From Eledone cirrhosa (taxonomy: Eukaryota), in assembly GCA_964016885.1 (NCBI GenBank), contig OZ024745.1:52204001-52268000 (forward strand): 64,000 nucleotides of DNA, given 5' to 3'. The translations under genes and the position numbers were made by a program. Below the pieces are notes generated by a model. The model searched no databases. It saw only the letters and a program-made list of their open reading frames with translations, and was not told where the DNA came from. Below, piece after piece: positions 1 through 13,819 of this stretch. Each line of letters begins with the position of its first letter. Position 1 is the first letter of the stretch.

Positions 1-854
1 AAAACCACGAGTTTCCCAAAATTAATCTCTGTCGTTTCTACGGTGCTCTTTTGCGTTATTTCACTTCTGCCGTGGTTAAAATATGCTAAAATTTTATAAA
101 TTTGTTCTGATGATTATGAGCTTATGAAACATAGTGAGCGGTAGACGTAGGGAAATAAGTAGTATTTATGAACTCAAAAGAGCGGGAAACGATACAATAT
201 CGATTGCATCCCCTTGCTTTTGCCAAGATTACGCGTGTAACGTTTGTTACGACCTTAATTATAATATTAAAAGGCTCTAAAATGTTTTTCATAAATAACC
301 TTTCTATTATTCAATATATAATAGGTACATATATGTGTATAGCATTATGTTGGAGAACCAATGTATTTTTTTTTTAAATTTAAGCCTAACCGGCTATGAG
401 TTTCATCAGTTCAGAAACGTAAGCAAAGATATATAAGATTCTATTTTATTTTAACCCTAACAGAAGTGGGGAAATATTTAGTATTGATAAAGGCAAAAGA
501 GAGGGAAGTGATGCTTTCTCAATCACTTACACCTGCTTCTGCTGACGATAGGCGTGTACCGTTGGTTACAACATGAAACATCCAAAGCGGCGAAAGGCTC
601 TCCAAAGTGGTTCATAAATATCCTATATATTACTCAACATAAAATATGCGTATATATATATGTGTGTATGTGTGTTTGTGTATATATATAAACGAAAGTA
701 CAGCATATTCGAAGTTCAAGCAGCAGTTAAGCCAACGAATGCCTTCAGCAGTGCAGCCAAGCACTCGACCTCAGAGTAATAACATATAGTTTAAAGGGTT
801 TTGCAAATTGAAGATAGCGACCGCTAATTCAGCTGCCGGATCTGTAGCAACGAA

Positions 855-919
<65 letters not shown>

Positions 920-2119
920 CATATAAAGTAACTAGGATCTAAATCACTGTTGAAGCATATACATGAACTTGTAACAGCATCTAGTGCTTGGGCGGCGCAC
1001 CACATGTAGCTGTTTTTACACAGTTAATATATATACACCGTACTGTTAAAATCATATTTTCGTAAAAGATGTTTGATCATTACATTTATTCATAACGTGT
1101 TTAATTGTTTTCATTCAAAAACATATTATTGCATTTACATGCACGTATTTCTTAAAACAATCATCATTATTGTGAAAACCTATAAAGTCAAGTATAAATA
1201 TATTCCTTTCTCATATTTAATTTTAAAATTTCAATGTAAAATTTCCTGGGGAATATCGTCCTATACTGCTGTTCAATGATGGTGGTATTTTAATAGGTAT
1301 GGAATAGTTATTATCTACTAATTTATCTTACTTGTAGTTCCTGGCGTTTTCTGTATTGATGCTTTAATTACAACATTAGGATCTTCACAATGGTTTTCTT
1401 TTCTCTCTTCTCTCATTATTCAATACACATTGTTAGAATACGCCATTTTGTAATATGTATTGTTTATTTAGTAAAACATTATTGCTGAAGTTTATATAGC
1501 TTTGATGCACAAGAGAATTTCCGCAAATATACATTGTTGTTTTCATGTTCAGTTTGATCATTCCGTATTTCTGGCTAATTTATTTTTATGTTGCTCTGCT
1601 TTTTTTCCCTTATTCTTAAAGAATCCATAAAGAATAATGGTTTCCGGAACATAGTCGTTTAGCAGTGACATAATCATCATTAAAACTCTACCACTCAACA
1701 CTTTTGTGTCAACATCACAGTCGCTACACAGCATAATTGTCTTCGACGTTTGACGAAACGCAATTCTCTTTCAATCTATCATGTTTATAATTTGTTCGTA
1801 CTTTATTTTGTTTGTTTGCCTCTTCTTTCTTTACTATTTTCCACACATAATGACGTGAACATAGCAATTATGTTGTTGGTGTTGTTGTTTGTGGCTAGTA
1901 ACACTATTGATATTGATGATGGCTCTGCTAATCGACTTTTGTATTTCTACAGTTTTCTTCCCACTACACTTACTGTTATTGCTTTCTAAGTACAGACTAA
2001 AGCCTAGGACCAAAATTGATGAGTGTTATTTAATATTCCTTCTTCCTCTTCGTAATTACTACTTTCTTCGTCATTATCACCATCATCGGCATCTCCAATA
2101 TATACATATTTAATATTGT

Positions 2120-2225
2120 TATGGTGATCATCATCATCATTATCATCACCCTCATCAACACTATCATCATCATCATCTTTATTATTATTATTATTAATAT
2201 TTTTATTATTACTATTATTATTATT

Positions 2226-2297
<72 letters not shown>

Positions 2298-2325
2298 GCT
2301 GTGGTGGTGGCGGTGGTGTTGTTGT
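2120..2325. repeat. Compound trinucleotide microsatellite (CAT)n-(TAT)n-(GTT)n
   Basis: Seen directly. Confidence 0.97.
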
Positions 2326-2353
2326 AAGGCATTATTTATAGTAATATAAAATG

Positions 2354-2512
2354 TGCGGTGGTTGACAGAATAATAAATCTGTCAGACCCAATGGCCTGCG
2401 TTAATGGTTCAGGCGCTTTAGTTTTTGAGTTCAAATCTCGCTGAGGTCATGTTTGCTTTATATGCCTCCTATTTCGGCTCATTCAAGTTTCCGTCAAGTT
2501 CTAGTGTCGATA
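2354..2512 (+). mobile_element. Old, diverged SINE relic
   Basis: GCGGTGGTTGACAGAAT head and GAGTTCAAATCTCGCTGAGGTC B-box region. Confidence 0.55.
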
Positions 2513-2599
2513 TAACGATGTTGCAGCTCATGACAGTGATAAATGAGAAAACACAGGTCACAATAGTAACATCACAAAAATACGGCCATATGCAAGAAT

Positions 2600-3780
2600 A
2601 ATTTCAGAAAAGCAATATGTGGCGAAGTTGTATCTTTTATGTGTCAATCGTGTGGTGATGCAGTTCAAGCAGTGGCACACATTATCACAGAGTCTCCTAC
2701 ATTGCTGAAATGGAACAGACGGTGAGACATGATAATATGTCCAAAGCCATCCGCTAGATAATAACTGACTAGACATCACTGTAATCAAAAAGAAAAACAA
2801 GATGTGTCAATTTGATACACACTCAGAAGACGAAGAAATGTGCACATATAACGCCACCTGTTATGAAGTTTCAAGAATGTGACGGATGAAAAATCTGGAC
2901 GTGGTGCCAGTCGAGGTTGACGCTTTCGGATCGATCCAGAAGAATGTACATAAATTGAGAGAAAAGCTAGAATTGAATATTTCAATGGAAACGTTACAGG
3001 AACCTTGTTTGCTTGGAAGAGCTAGGATAATATGAAAGACATTCGATACAAACATATATCTACACAATCAAGTAAAACAAAACCCACCCAAATAAGGAAA
3101 TCAAGATATGAAAAACAATAGAAAATTTTAGAAAAGATCTTTCAATTCAATCTTGAATGACACAGGAAAGAAAACAACAAAACTAGGATTAGCAGAGAAA
3201 ATAGAAATACTAAAGAAATATATTATAAGAGAAAAGGAAAGCTTGGAGCCTAATGAATGACTAAAACAATAAATACTTACTATGAAAAGCGCCAACACTT
3301 TTTAAAGAAAGCTAGCTATACCACTCCAACTGAAAATATTTCGACCAGAAACTTAATAAGAGCAATATAGAGGTAAATGTATCCCGGAAATAAAAGAAGT
3401 GACATATATCTGGAGAAGATTATGGACAGAAGAAAAGAAAGTAACAAGCACAGAACGATGAAGAACAATTAACACAACAGCCGAACAATTGTAAGAATAT
3501 ATTACAACAGATGATGTGATTAACACACGGAAAAAAGGAAACAACTGGAAGGCATATGAACATAATAAGATCCCCAACGGCTGGTTGAAATATTTCACAA
3601 GACATATGGTGTAATTGGAAAACTTTAAAGAGGTGCTGGCAGAACGAGAAAACACACATCACTGGTTAACTAAGGAGGAAACCAACCTGATCCTATAGAG
3701 TAATGACAGAGCAAACTCCCAAAATTACCAACACATATCATGCCAGACAATATACACAAAACTAACTGATGAGCAGAAAC
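2600..3780 (+). mobile_element. Highly decayed R4/Dong-like non-LTR retrotransposon fragments (RLE C-terminus, then RT N-terminal part)
   Basis: Hand translation gives LDITVIKKKNKMCQFD (2770), LDVVPVEVDAFGSIQK (2896), LQEPCLLGRARII*KTFD (2994), NWKAYEHNKIPNGWLKYFT (3543), WLTKEETNLIL*SNDRANSQNYQHISC (3663). Confidence 0.65.
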
Positions 3781-4102
3781 CATGCAATGTTAGTATCGTC
3801 GTCTTCCAAGGGTGGATAGCATCTATGCAAATGTAAAAGCCAAACTCATTATCTTCGATTCAGTATTCGTGCCTACCATTGCCCATTTATGGTTAGAATA
3901 TTTGAGAGAAAACTTCCTGGTTTGATTTTATGGACAGATACATCCGTGTAGAACTATAGCAATCTTATTGGGTAACATCTATGTTCTCACTTATTCTCGC
4001 TTAAGGATTTGGAGACGTTACCTACTGATAGGATGCCCTGAAATGCGTGTCTGAGATCGCTTCCACAACATTTCTTTCTGGAATAAGGGGGCGAAAAAAA
4101 AA

Positions 4103-4203
4103 AGAAGAAGAAGAAGAACAAAAAGAAGAAGAAGAAGAAGAAGAAGAAGAAGAAGAAGAAGAAGAAGAAGAAGAAGAAGAAGAAGAAGAAGAAGAAGAAG
4201 AAA
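4103..4203. repeat. (GAA)n microsatellite
   Basis: Seen directly. Confidence 0.98.
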
Positions 4204-4755
4204 AGAATTGTCAACGTAAGATTCCCCCGGGCTTATTGTCCTGTTGTGGTGGAGTATAATTGTGTTTATTTCACAGTTGTGAAATAAATCTTAAGTATTA
4301 ATGTTCCCCAACATTTTATTTCCGGCAATTCCTGTATTGATTCTTTAAATACAGCTACACTCACACACATAGATCCACAACCAACACCCAAGCACGCACG
4401 CGTACTTATTTGTATATGTAATTTTGATTAGTGACCAGCCAGAATCATTATTTTCCCATCCACCCACTTTTCATAAAAATGACTGTAAAATGTCCTTAAA
4501 GTTTGACATTCGTATACAATTTATATACGAATACAACGTCCTAATTGCATGTTATTCTTATTCTGGGTTTAGTATTTTCCTTCACTTTACCTGACACCTT
4601 CTACTTCTACAATGTAGCATTGACTTGTCAATCAAGGTAAAACTTTGACGCCGAGGAGATAGAATTTTTTTAAATTTAATACTAACTATCGGATTAATTC
4701 TCCACCTTGACATCGAAATGGTTTAAGCCTGACAGTTGTGTATGCTACTTTATAA

Positions 4756-4853
4756 TGTATGTATGTATGTATGTATGTATGTATGTATGTATGTATGTAT
4801 GTATGTATGTATGTATGTATGTATGTATGTATGTATGTATGTATGTATGTATG
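4756..4853. repeat. (ATGT)n microsatellite
   Basis: Seen directly. Confidence 0.98.
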
Positions 4854-4914
4854 CAGGTGTACTTGTGGTTTCATTCATACATTTTTAACATGTATATATA
4901 TATATATATAAACA

Positions 4915-5610
4915 TATGAAAGGCGTAAAATAAGAAAATAATTTTCTTATTTTACGTCTTTCATATAATTATTCTGCATCCCCTTGCATTGAACCACAAA
5001 GTCACTAAGACAAAACCTATATATTTGCTAGCATAGGTATGCATCTGTATATATATGTTGGTAGATATACTAATTCTTTATAATTATCTCCAAATTATTT
5101 TGTTGAGCAAAAATTTGCCAAAACTGCTACTATAGTTCATAGTAATCGCTCGGCTACTGTCTTTTTAACACCCCACTCCTCACTGATTAACCTCGATGTC
5201 ACGTGATTGATTCTTTTGAATTTGCCACCGACCAAGTAGGCAGTGATTTTTTCAATGTCTTGGAATTTAGTTCACGCTTGCTCTTTTTCCTCCACAGAAT
5301 TATTTGTGTATAAGTTCCCTGTGTCCACGCATCGCCTGGGAACTTAGCTGAGAACAGACTTCCTGATGAGGAAAGGCTTTTCCATGCTTTCCATTTGGAA
5401 ACCATGTTTATTCCCCTTCAGAAACTAATTAGTTGGAGTGAAATTTTAGTAAGTAAGTTAATTTTTATAATTTTCTTATTTTACGTCTTTCATATAATTG
5501 TTCAGCATCCCCTTGCATTGAACCACAAAGTTACTTATACAAAACCTATATATTTGCTAGCATAGGTATGCATCTGTATATATATGTTGGTAGATATACT
5601 AATTCTTTAT
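4915..5610 (+). mobile_element. Non-coding PLE-like or retrozyme-like element: 5' palindrome, about 140-bp direct repeats, internal HHR
   Basis: Palindrome 4915-4965; about 4939-5081 repeated at 5468-5610; flanked by (TA)n. Confidence 0.7.
5358..5439 (+). ncRNA. Type I hammerhead with palindromic stem III
   Basis: ACTTC-CTGATGA-[long, imperfect stem II]-GAAA-CTAATTAG-TT-GGAGT. Confidence 0.65.
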
Positions 5611-5640
5611 ATATAAACATATATATATATATACATATAT

Positions 5641-5758
5641 ATAGGAAAAAGTATGACCCCGACGGCAGAGCTCAGCCATTTCGACGGCTATTTCTGGATT
5701 GTATTGAATACTCTGGTGTGTTATGGTCCATCTGGTTCCTTACCACAATTCCTTTGTT
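5641..5758 (+). mobile_element. Short PLE pLTR end fragment with inverted 5' part
   Basis: 5641-5698 is the inverted HHR 3' half; 5700-5758 is the pLTR terminus. Confidence 0.8.
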
Positions 5759-6609
5759 ATATATATATATATATATATATAAATCTTTCTGTATTTATCG
5801 TTGTTGTGGTATATGTATAGCTACTACCTTCGGTCGTTTTTCTTGGTGTCACACTTTTTAACTTTTGTGTTTACTCTGGACGTTAATGTATCGACTTTGC
5901 GCTCCATTGAGTGCTTTGTGATTGCTTCAAACAACTCGAATATTAGCTGCTATATGAAAGCTACAACCTTGATTATAGAGACTACCAATAGATAGGTATT
6001 CTATCCTCAACATCCACGACTGTGAGAAAACACACATATATATCTAATAAGCTGTCGGACTCCGAGAGTAGACATATCCAACAAGCCCATACCTTGTGCA
6101 TAACATGCATTGCATTAAAATGCTGCTGGAATCTTTTAAGAATATTTATTTATTTACTTAAAATAAATAAATATACTTAAAAGACTCCAGTGGTATTTTC
6201 AATTTATTTTCCTTATACTTTCGCCCGTGTGGGACATTTCGTTTTTTTTTTAAAACTCATTTTGTTATATATGGCAGGCAGGCCCCACCCTACACTGGGG
6301 CGGCCCGCCGGTTCGCTGAACACATGAACTGATCTTTAGGCCCACTCTGCATGCACAAATTAGCATTTATTTGACCGCACATGTATGTACTGTAGAACAA
6401 TACATATAGCGTAAGTAAACACACACATATACAATCACAACTTATGGGGCATATATCCAACTCGTTCATTCCTTGCTTTTGGAATATACCATTCTGTGGT
6501 CGGCTAGCTCATCACTGCAAACAATATATTAACCATCCGCTGGATTCAATCGAAAAATACTAACTCTCACTACTCCTGCCGCATCTCGTACTGATCCATC
6601 TATATTATA

Positions 6610-6800
6610 AGGGCGGTGGATTGGCAGTATCGGAAGAGGGTTGGACGCCATGCTTTCCAGCATAGTTACGTCCCTTTACGATCTGAGTTCAAATCCCGCC
6701 GAGGTTGACTTTGCCTTTCATCCTTACGGGGTCGATAAAATAAAGTACCAGTAATGCATTGGGTAATTGCTGGCCTTGTGCCTAAAGTAGAAACAATTAT
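6610..6800 (+). mobile_element. tRNA-derived SINE with Nin/Deu-type core, full length
   Basis: A box TGGCAGTATCGG, B box GAGTTCAAATCC, core GCCTTTCATCCTTACGGGGTCGATAAAATAAAGTACCAG, tail GTAGAAACAATTA; many copies in the window. Confidence 0.9.
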
Positions 6801-6921
6801 AATTCTTTTTTTAATGCGTTAAGCTTTCCTTCTAACACATAAGTATATCTGCTTGATTTCTTTTACACATATGGGTGTCTGCGTGGCTGTATATATACAT
6901 GTGCATGTCTGTATATATGTG

Positions 6922-6973
<52 letters not shown>

Positions 6974-7090
6974 AGTGTGTGTGTGTGTGCAGCGATAGTT
7001 TGCTTAAACTTTAATCTGTTATTTTAATTTAATATATATATATATATATTAATTTAAAATAACAGATTAAAGTTTAAGCAAGTAATCGCT

Positions 7091-7166
<76 letters not shown>

Positions 7167-7619
7167 TTAATACATTAACAGAGAAAGCTAATAGCGATAC
7201 TCCGACCAACTTCCATCTCACTCAACAAACATTAGGAAATACCTAACTATATTACCAATTATAGGTTTGAGATGCTAACCATATTGTATTCTGTGGATAG
7301 TCGGCTGTATTATTTCATATGAGACATAATTAAATAAATCTCACTTTCCATACGATCGTTTCGTTATAAGATTTCTACAAGGTGGGAGAAAAAGTCCAAG
7401 TTATGTAGAAGCCTGCATATAATCAACAGATTTATTTTCAGGTGGGCCCTTATAACTCTTCAGTGGAATGCCCAGGCAATATCAATATGAAAAACTACAT
7501 CGATATTAATATTCAGCGATATTCACCGTCAGTGCTCGGATAACCGCTAAGTTTGAAAGTGCAGTAGCCCTTCAAAAGAATTCTCACACTGTCCCCAAAT
7601 GGGAATTATTCAGAATAAT

Positions 7620-7799
7620 AATTGTTTCTACTTTTTGGCCAGCAATTACCCAGTGCATTGCTGGTACTTTATTTTATCGACCCCGTAAGGATGAAAGGCA
7701 AAGTTAACCTCGGCGGGATTTGAACTCAGAAAGGCAAGGGCCGTAACTCTATGCGTCAAAGCGTGGCGTCCGACCTCCTACCGATACTGCCAATCCACC
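7620..7799 (-). mobile_element. SINE copy
   Basis: Reverse complement of 6610-6800. Confidence 0.9.
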
Positions 7800-7822
7800 A
7801 TTATTCAGACTAATAATGGTGG

Positions 7823-8011
7823 AGGGCGGTGGATTGACAGTATCGGTAGAGGGTCGGACGCCATGCTTTCCAGCATAGTTACGTCCCTTTACAATCTGAG
7901 TTCAGTTCCCGCACGGGTTGACTTTGCCTTTCATCCTTATGGGGTAGATAAAATAATGTACCAGTAATGCACTGGAAATTGCTGGCCTTGTGCCTAAAGT
8001 AGAAACAATTA
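7823..8011 (+). mobile_element. SINE copy
   Basis: Matches 6610-6800. Confidence 0.9.
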
Positions 8012-8136
8012 TTCAGACAAATAATAAATAATCAAAATATATGTTTTATTATATATATTTCGAAGGTACTGGAACATTCCAGTATTGGAATTGAACTATC
8101 AAGACAGTTGAGGTATGTCATATATCAATTCATGTA

Positions 8137-8198
8137 TTTTATTGACGAGGACGTACTGAAAAAAACAGAACAGTACCTTCGAAATATATATAATAAAA
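8137..8198 (+). ncRNA. Degenerate minimal hammerhead (same family as 8671 and 15838)
   Basis: TTTTAT-TGACGA (C3 lost)-GGACGTACTG...CAGTACCTTC-GAAA-TATATA-TA-ATAAAA; shares the upstream GGTATGTC motif; inverted copy at 8038-8072. Confidence 0.55.
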
Positions 8199-8670
8199 CA
8201 TATATTATTCTGAATATTAATAAATCCAGAAAACGTTTATGTAGAGTGCTTTTAAGACTATATTCATTGAGTAATCAATGATACATATTATTCTTTGGTT
8301 ATATATATATATATATATATATATGCAGAGGTTATATTTAATTTATTGGGATTCAACAATCTTAAACATTTATATAACTGATATAAAGCACTCAATATTT
8401 TAGTGGAGTAAATACACATTATATTAATAAATGGAAACTATATTTATAAAACCATATTTATTTTAATATATATATTTCAAGGGCAACCAAGGTAAATTAT
8501 GGTGCGCTTTCATCAGATAAAATACAGATTTGTTTTATAAATAAATATTGACATACCCGCAAAAAAGACAGCCTCAACAGTTGAAATTCGCTGGATAGTC
8601 TATCCAACGAATTTCAACCGTTGAGGTTGTCTTTTTTCCGGGTATGTCTATATTTATAAAACCAATCTGT

Positions 8671-8734
8671 ATTTTATCTGATGAAAGCGCACCATAATAT
8701 ACCTTAGTTGCCCTTGAAATATATATAATACAAT
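8671..8734 (+). ncRNA. Minimal type I hammerhead in the foldback 8425-8775 (mirror copy at about 8460-8523 on the minus strand)
   Basis: ATTTTAT-CTGATGA-AAGCGCAC...GTTGCCCTT-GAAA-TATATA-TA-ATACAAT. Confidence 0.7.
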
Positions 8735-8789
8735 AAATATGGTTTTATAAATATAGTTTCCATTTAATAATATATTGTATACATATATA

Positions 8790-9075
8790 TAATTGTTTCT
8801 ACTATTGGCACAAGGCCAGCAATTATTCCAGTACATTACTGGTACTTTATTTTATCGACCCCGTAAGTATGAAAGGCAAAGTTAACTTCGGCGGGATTTG
8901 AACTCAGACCATAAAGGGGTATAATTCTAAACTGGAAAGCATGGCGTCCGACCCTCTACTGATACTGCCAAATATATATATATATAATTGTTTCTACTTT
9001 AGCCCCAAGTCCAGCAATTACTCAGTGCATTACTGGTGCTTTATTTTATCGACCCCGTAAGGATGAAAGGCAAAG
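8790..9075 (-). mobile_element. Two SINE copies (8790-8971 near full length; 8985-9075 3' half)
   Basis: Reverse complement of the SINE consensus. Confidence 0.88.
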
Positions 9076-9340
9076 TAATAAACTACCATCTATACTGCCT
9101 CTCTGTTTTGTGTTCCTGTCTAATATTTAACTATATATATATATATATATATATGTAAAAAAGTTGAAATCGAAAATGCAACTGGAGTCTTATTTAAAAT
9201 ATATATATATATATATTTATTTGGTTCCTTTGCCGGTTTTGCAGTTCTTCCGCTTTTCAAAAGTAGAGTTGAGATGGAGCGTCTGTGGTTTTTCTCACAT
9301 CTGATGTGAGAAAAGCCACAGACCGTCCATCTAAACTCTA

Positions 9341-9376
9341 CTTTTGAAAAGCAGAAGAACTGCGAAACCGGTAAAG
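9341..9376 (+). ncRNA. Minimal type I hammerhead, U3-A8 variant, in the 270-bp foldback 9166-9436
   Basis: CTT-TTGAAAA-GCAG aagaa CTGC-GAAA-CCGG-TA-AAG. Confidence 0.7.
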
Positions 9377-9540
9377 GAACCAAATAAATATATATATATT
9401 TTTTTAAAATAAGACTCCAGTTGCATTTTCGATTTCTGCCCTTTTTCTTTATACTTTCACTCGTGTAAGTCACCTCGGTTATTTTTCATTTTGTAAAATA
9501 ACATCACTTTCTAATATATATATATATATATTATAATGTT

Positions 9541-9572
<32 letters not shown>

Positions 9573-10714
9573 ATATATAGATAGATATATGTATGTATGG
9601 GTGTGTATATATATTTATATATATATGTGTATATATATGTATGTGTGTGTGTATATATATATGTATATATATATATTTCTGTGTCTGTATATGTGTATAT
9701 ATGCGTGTGTGTCTGTATATATGTGTAAATATATATGTATGTATACATATATATATATGTATATATGTTTATATATATGTACTCACATAAACGTGTGTTG
9801 TTTTTATTTTTATTTTGAATTTTAATTTCTTTACCGCTTTATATTTCATTAACCCTGCATTCTTGCATTGTCTTATCTCCTTAATGCTTACTTGAAACGA
9901 CACGCCTGTGGACGTCAGGTAGACGGGTGGCCTCGCATAGATACGTGCGATAACTTGAGCGAGATAAAGATAATAGCCGCTGATTCATAAGAAACCCCCA
10001 GCTGTGACCTGACCGAAAACAATAAGTGAATACAGTAAAATACCATTATGACAGAATTTGTGGTATCATATAAGAAGGAATCGGGATAATATTCAACCAC
10101 ACGCAGACGCGAGTTTACACGATAAAATATATCTGAGGAGTTCCCGATTCCAGAGTTAGGTTAGATCATTAATAGATCGTTCCTCGAGTTGTTCGACAGT
10201 GAAACATATGTAATATGTAATAAAAAATGTATATGATTCAACACTAATTTTTGTACTCTCATATATTAATGCTATTCACACTATGCTCCGCAAGAGCATC
10301 CAGTGCTCATTAGGCATACCGGCTATGGACGCAATTAATTTGAACATTTACACCTTATTATGTGTATTTATACACACGCACACAATCATACACGCGCACG
10401 CACACACACCCATATGTATATATATATATGTATATATATATGTGTGTTTGTGTGTGTAATAAAAATATGTACTCACAAAACCGTCTCTCATATATAGATA
10501 TATATAAAATAAATAAATATGTTTTTACATTTTATATGCATATATTAACTGTACATATATTTATTTTATATATATACACGTGTGTGTATGTGTGAGTACG
10601 AGTGCTTTTATATTTGTGTGTGTTTATATTCATATGTACGTGCGTGTGTCTGAGTCTATATAGAAAGTTGAACGTCATATAATAACATAATATATAATAT
10701 AATATAATATAATA

Positions 10715-10817
<103 letters not shown>

Positions 10818-11155
10818 TTCTTAATTTACTATATTTGCCTTCCGCAAACACACCTGGTTTGTTCTTATCAAATAAATTCATTGAAATATATGTTTGTTTT
10901 CAACAGTTAGCATAGGAGCTACAATTTTCAATATAACAAATTTAGTAAGATTAAACAATCAACGATCACAATATTTCCTTGATTCGATTAAATGATTTCA
11001 CATGCCTGAATGCTTACAATATCCAATCAGTCGAACATCATATAGTTTTGCACATTTCAATACATTCATTCCCACACTTACCCACTCACAACCGCGTAAA
11101 ACTTGAGTACACGTAGGTAGACCCTACTCTTTCAAAACTATAATATATATTTATA

Positions 11156-11242
<87 letters not shown>

Positions 11243-11839
11243 TGTGTGTGTGTGTGTGCGTATGTGTGTGTGTATTTGTGTAAAAGTATGTATGTATGCA
11301 TGTGTGCATGTATATATATATATATATATATGATTTTATTTAGCATGTCTATTGTATATTAGAACGTTTTATTCACAATGGAATATACCATTCTGAACTA
11401 TACTATTAAATGCTATGAATCATTTGTAATTGGAGATGAAACGTATTCTATGCCTATTACAAATTATGTTAATATAATGATACACAATTTCCATACACTC
11501 ATTTCCTAATGATATTCTTTTAATGTCTATGCACACCTCTTAGTTCACATTCTCGGTTTAATGCATATTGTACCACACCTCTTAAAACACATACCGGCAG
11601 TATATTTGCATATGTATATGCACTTACTAATGCACATACAAATACACTCCGAACCAATCGCATTATACGGACACGCATATACATAGTAAAATATTTTGAT
11701 AATTCCTCTGTATTTCCTCTTGTAAAGGCTAAGTTGAGTAATAAAAAAACGTTCTAGCATTGATGGGGTTACCAAAGAAATGATAACTGAGTGAAACGAG
11801 GATTTTCTGCATAATTTATTGCGTAACAATGTGCGAATA

Positions 11840-11930
11840 TAATTGTTTCTACTTTTGGCACAAGGCCAGCAATTACCCAGTGCATTACTGGTACTTTATT
11901 TTATCGACCCCGTAAGGATGAAAGGCAAAA
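11840..11930 (-). mobile_element. 5'-truncated SINE
   Basis: Core and tail in reverse orientation. Confidence 0.85.
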
Positions 11931-12159
11931 TATAATGAAATATTTCAAGATTGATGGACATCCTTGCAGAAATTGCGATATATACAGGGAATATGATAGG
12001 TATATATAATGTAATTCTCGGAAAATTGAGAGCAAAAATATTTATCATAGGTTCAATTAACATGATGGGATATTACATTATCTCAACGGATACATTCATG
12101 TTTTCAACTTCAACGCGGAACTGATGTATTTTCAGGGCGTGAATTAGAAATATATGTAA

Positions 12160-12293
12160 ATAATTGTTTCTACTTTTGGCCCGAGGCCAGCAATTATCTC
12201 AGTGTATTACTGGTGCTTTATTTTATCGACCCCGTAAGGATGAAAGGCAAAGATAACCTCGGCGGGATTTGAACTCAGACCATAAAGGGACGT
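12160..12293 (-). mobile_element. 5'-truncated SINE
   Basis: B box, core and tail in reverse orientation. Confidence 0.85.
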
Positions 12294-13679
12294 GGAAATT
12301 TGACATCTATCCTTGAAGCTTTCACCCTACTAAATATGAATTATTTAGTGAAGAGTGTTTGCAATCCTACGGAAAATGTATTCAATATATACGGAGGTAT
12401 GTATGTATATAATCATAAGTATGTATGTATATAATCTTATGTATGTATATAATCATATGTATGTATATAATAATATTTCTGTTCGGTATTTATTTTACCT
12501 GTCAGAATTTATGGGAAACAACTAAGTAGATAAAGGAGAGGAACCAATTATTTTGATACACATTCACCCGAAATGGAAACAATCAAATTAATTATCTATC
12601 TCTGTAAAGTATCGCTATGAGTAGGTCTTAACAGTATTAACAAAGAGGCAAAAGGAGCCCTGGCAGTAAAAGAGTAGATCTAGATCTAGAGGGCTAAATA
12701 TGTTGGTATATAGAGAAAAAAAGAAAAAAAAAACATGTATATACATACATATATATATAAATATATATATATAGTAATAAGAATATTTATATTTATATAT
12801 GTTTGATATAACTATAAATATGAATGGTACTACTAAGTACTAGCTGGTTACCGGTATGACAACAGCCTCAATGCACATTTTCAAGTGTTTTACAGAGCAG
12901 AGATACAAAGTGTTAAAACGATCAAATTTTAGTTTAGAACATTTATTAGCTGACAAGCGTTTCTACCAGAAGGAAATCTGGTTCCATCGGACCATAAGGA
13001 ATGTCGAAAACATGTAACTAGAATCAGAAGTTAAAAAATGTAGATAAAAAATGCATAAGATAATATACCTACAATAACAACATGGCCAGTAATTCGGAGG
13101 AATGTACATTTAACAAACAAACACCTATTGACTATAAACGACTTAAAATAATCCCATCGTTAATAGCTGTGAGTAATAAACAACACATGAACATAAATAC
13201 GAACTACAACACAAAAACACTTAAATAAAAATCACATACCCAACTCTATATTGTGCTTTGCATTACACCTTACATAACAAATACCCACATTATCACTACA
13301 TGCCTCTCAAACAAATTCCACACTATCTTAAACATGTATAACAATTATAACATGCTTTAACACCCCACACAAAATATGTTTATTTCAACTACAGTATAAC
13401 TCTTTCCTCATACATGCATTATTGACTGTATTGACTCCTATATTGTACAGCAATTGTCCTTGCTTATAACTTCTTTGCCTGTGTTTGTTGGGTTGTGATT
13501 TTACTTTTGCTTATACCTATTACACTTCCAACCAGTGCAGCCTATACTTGTGTTATTTCAAGCGGAACATCTCTTAACTCCTGACTTTCCACATGATGCC
13601 TTTGACACTAATAACAACTATGTACCCTAACTGTTCCAAATGACTGGGATTCTTGTTACATGTTTTCGACATTCCTTAT

Positions 13680-13724
13680 GCTCCGATGATTTCAGACTTC
13701 CCTCTGGAAGAAACATTTGTCAGC
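13680..13724 (+). ncRNA. Hammerhead-like motif (CCGATGA core) in the foldback element 12906-13768
   Basis: GCT-CCGATGA-TTTCAGA..TCTGGAA-GAAA-CATTTG-TC-AGC; arms 12906-13025 and 13648-13768 are inverted copies. Confidence 0.55.
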
Positions 13725-13768
13725 TAATAAATGTTCTAAACTAAAATTTGATCATTTTAACACATTGT

Positions 13769-13817
<49 letters not shown>

Positions 13818-13819
<2 letters not shown>

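Noticed and set aside
690-1025. Hammerhead-like remnants (minus-strand CTGAAGG..GAAC-TTCGAA-TA); similar weak hits at 32291, 30887, 45740 and 48098
   Set aside because: Several core mismatches or missing stems; not distinguishable from chance by eye.
6610-6700. tRNA gene suggested by A and B boxes
   Set aside because: No cloverleaf; it is the head of a multi-copy SINE.
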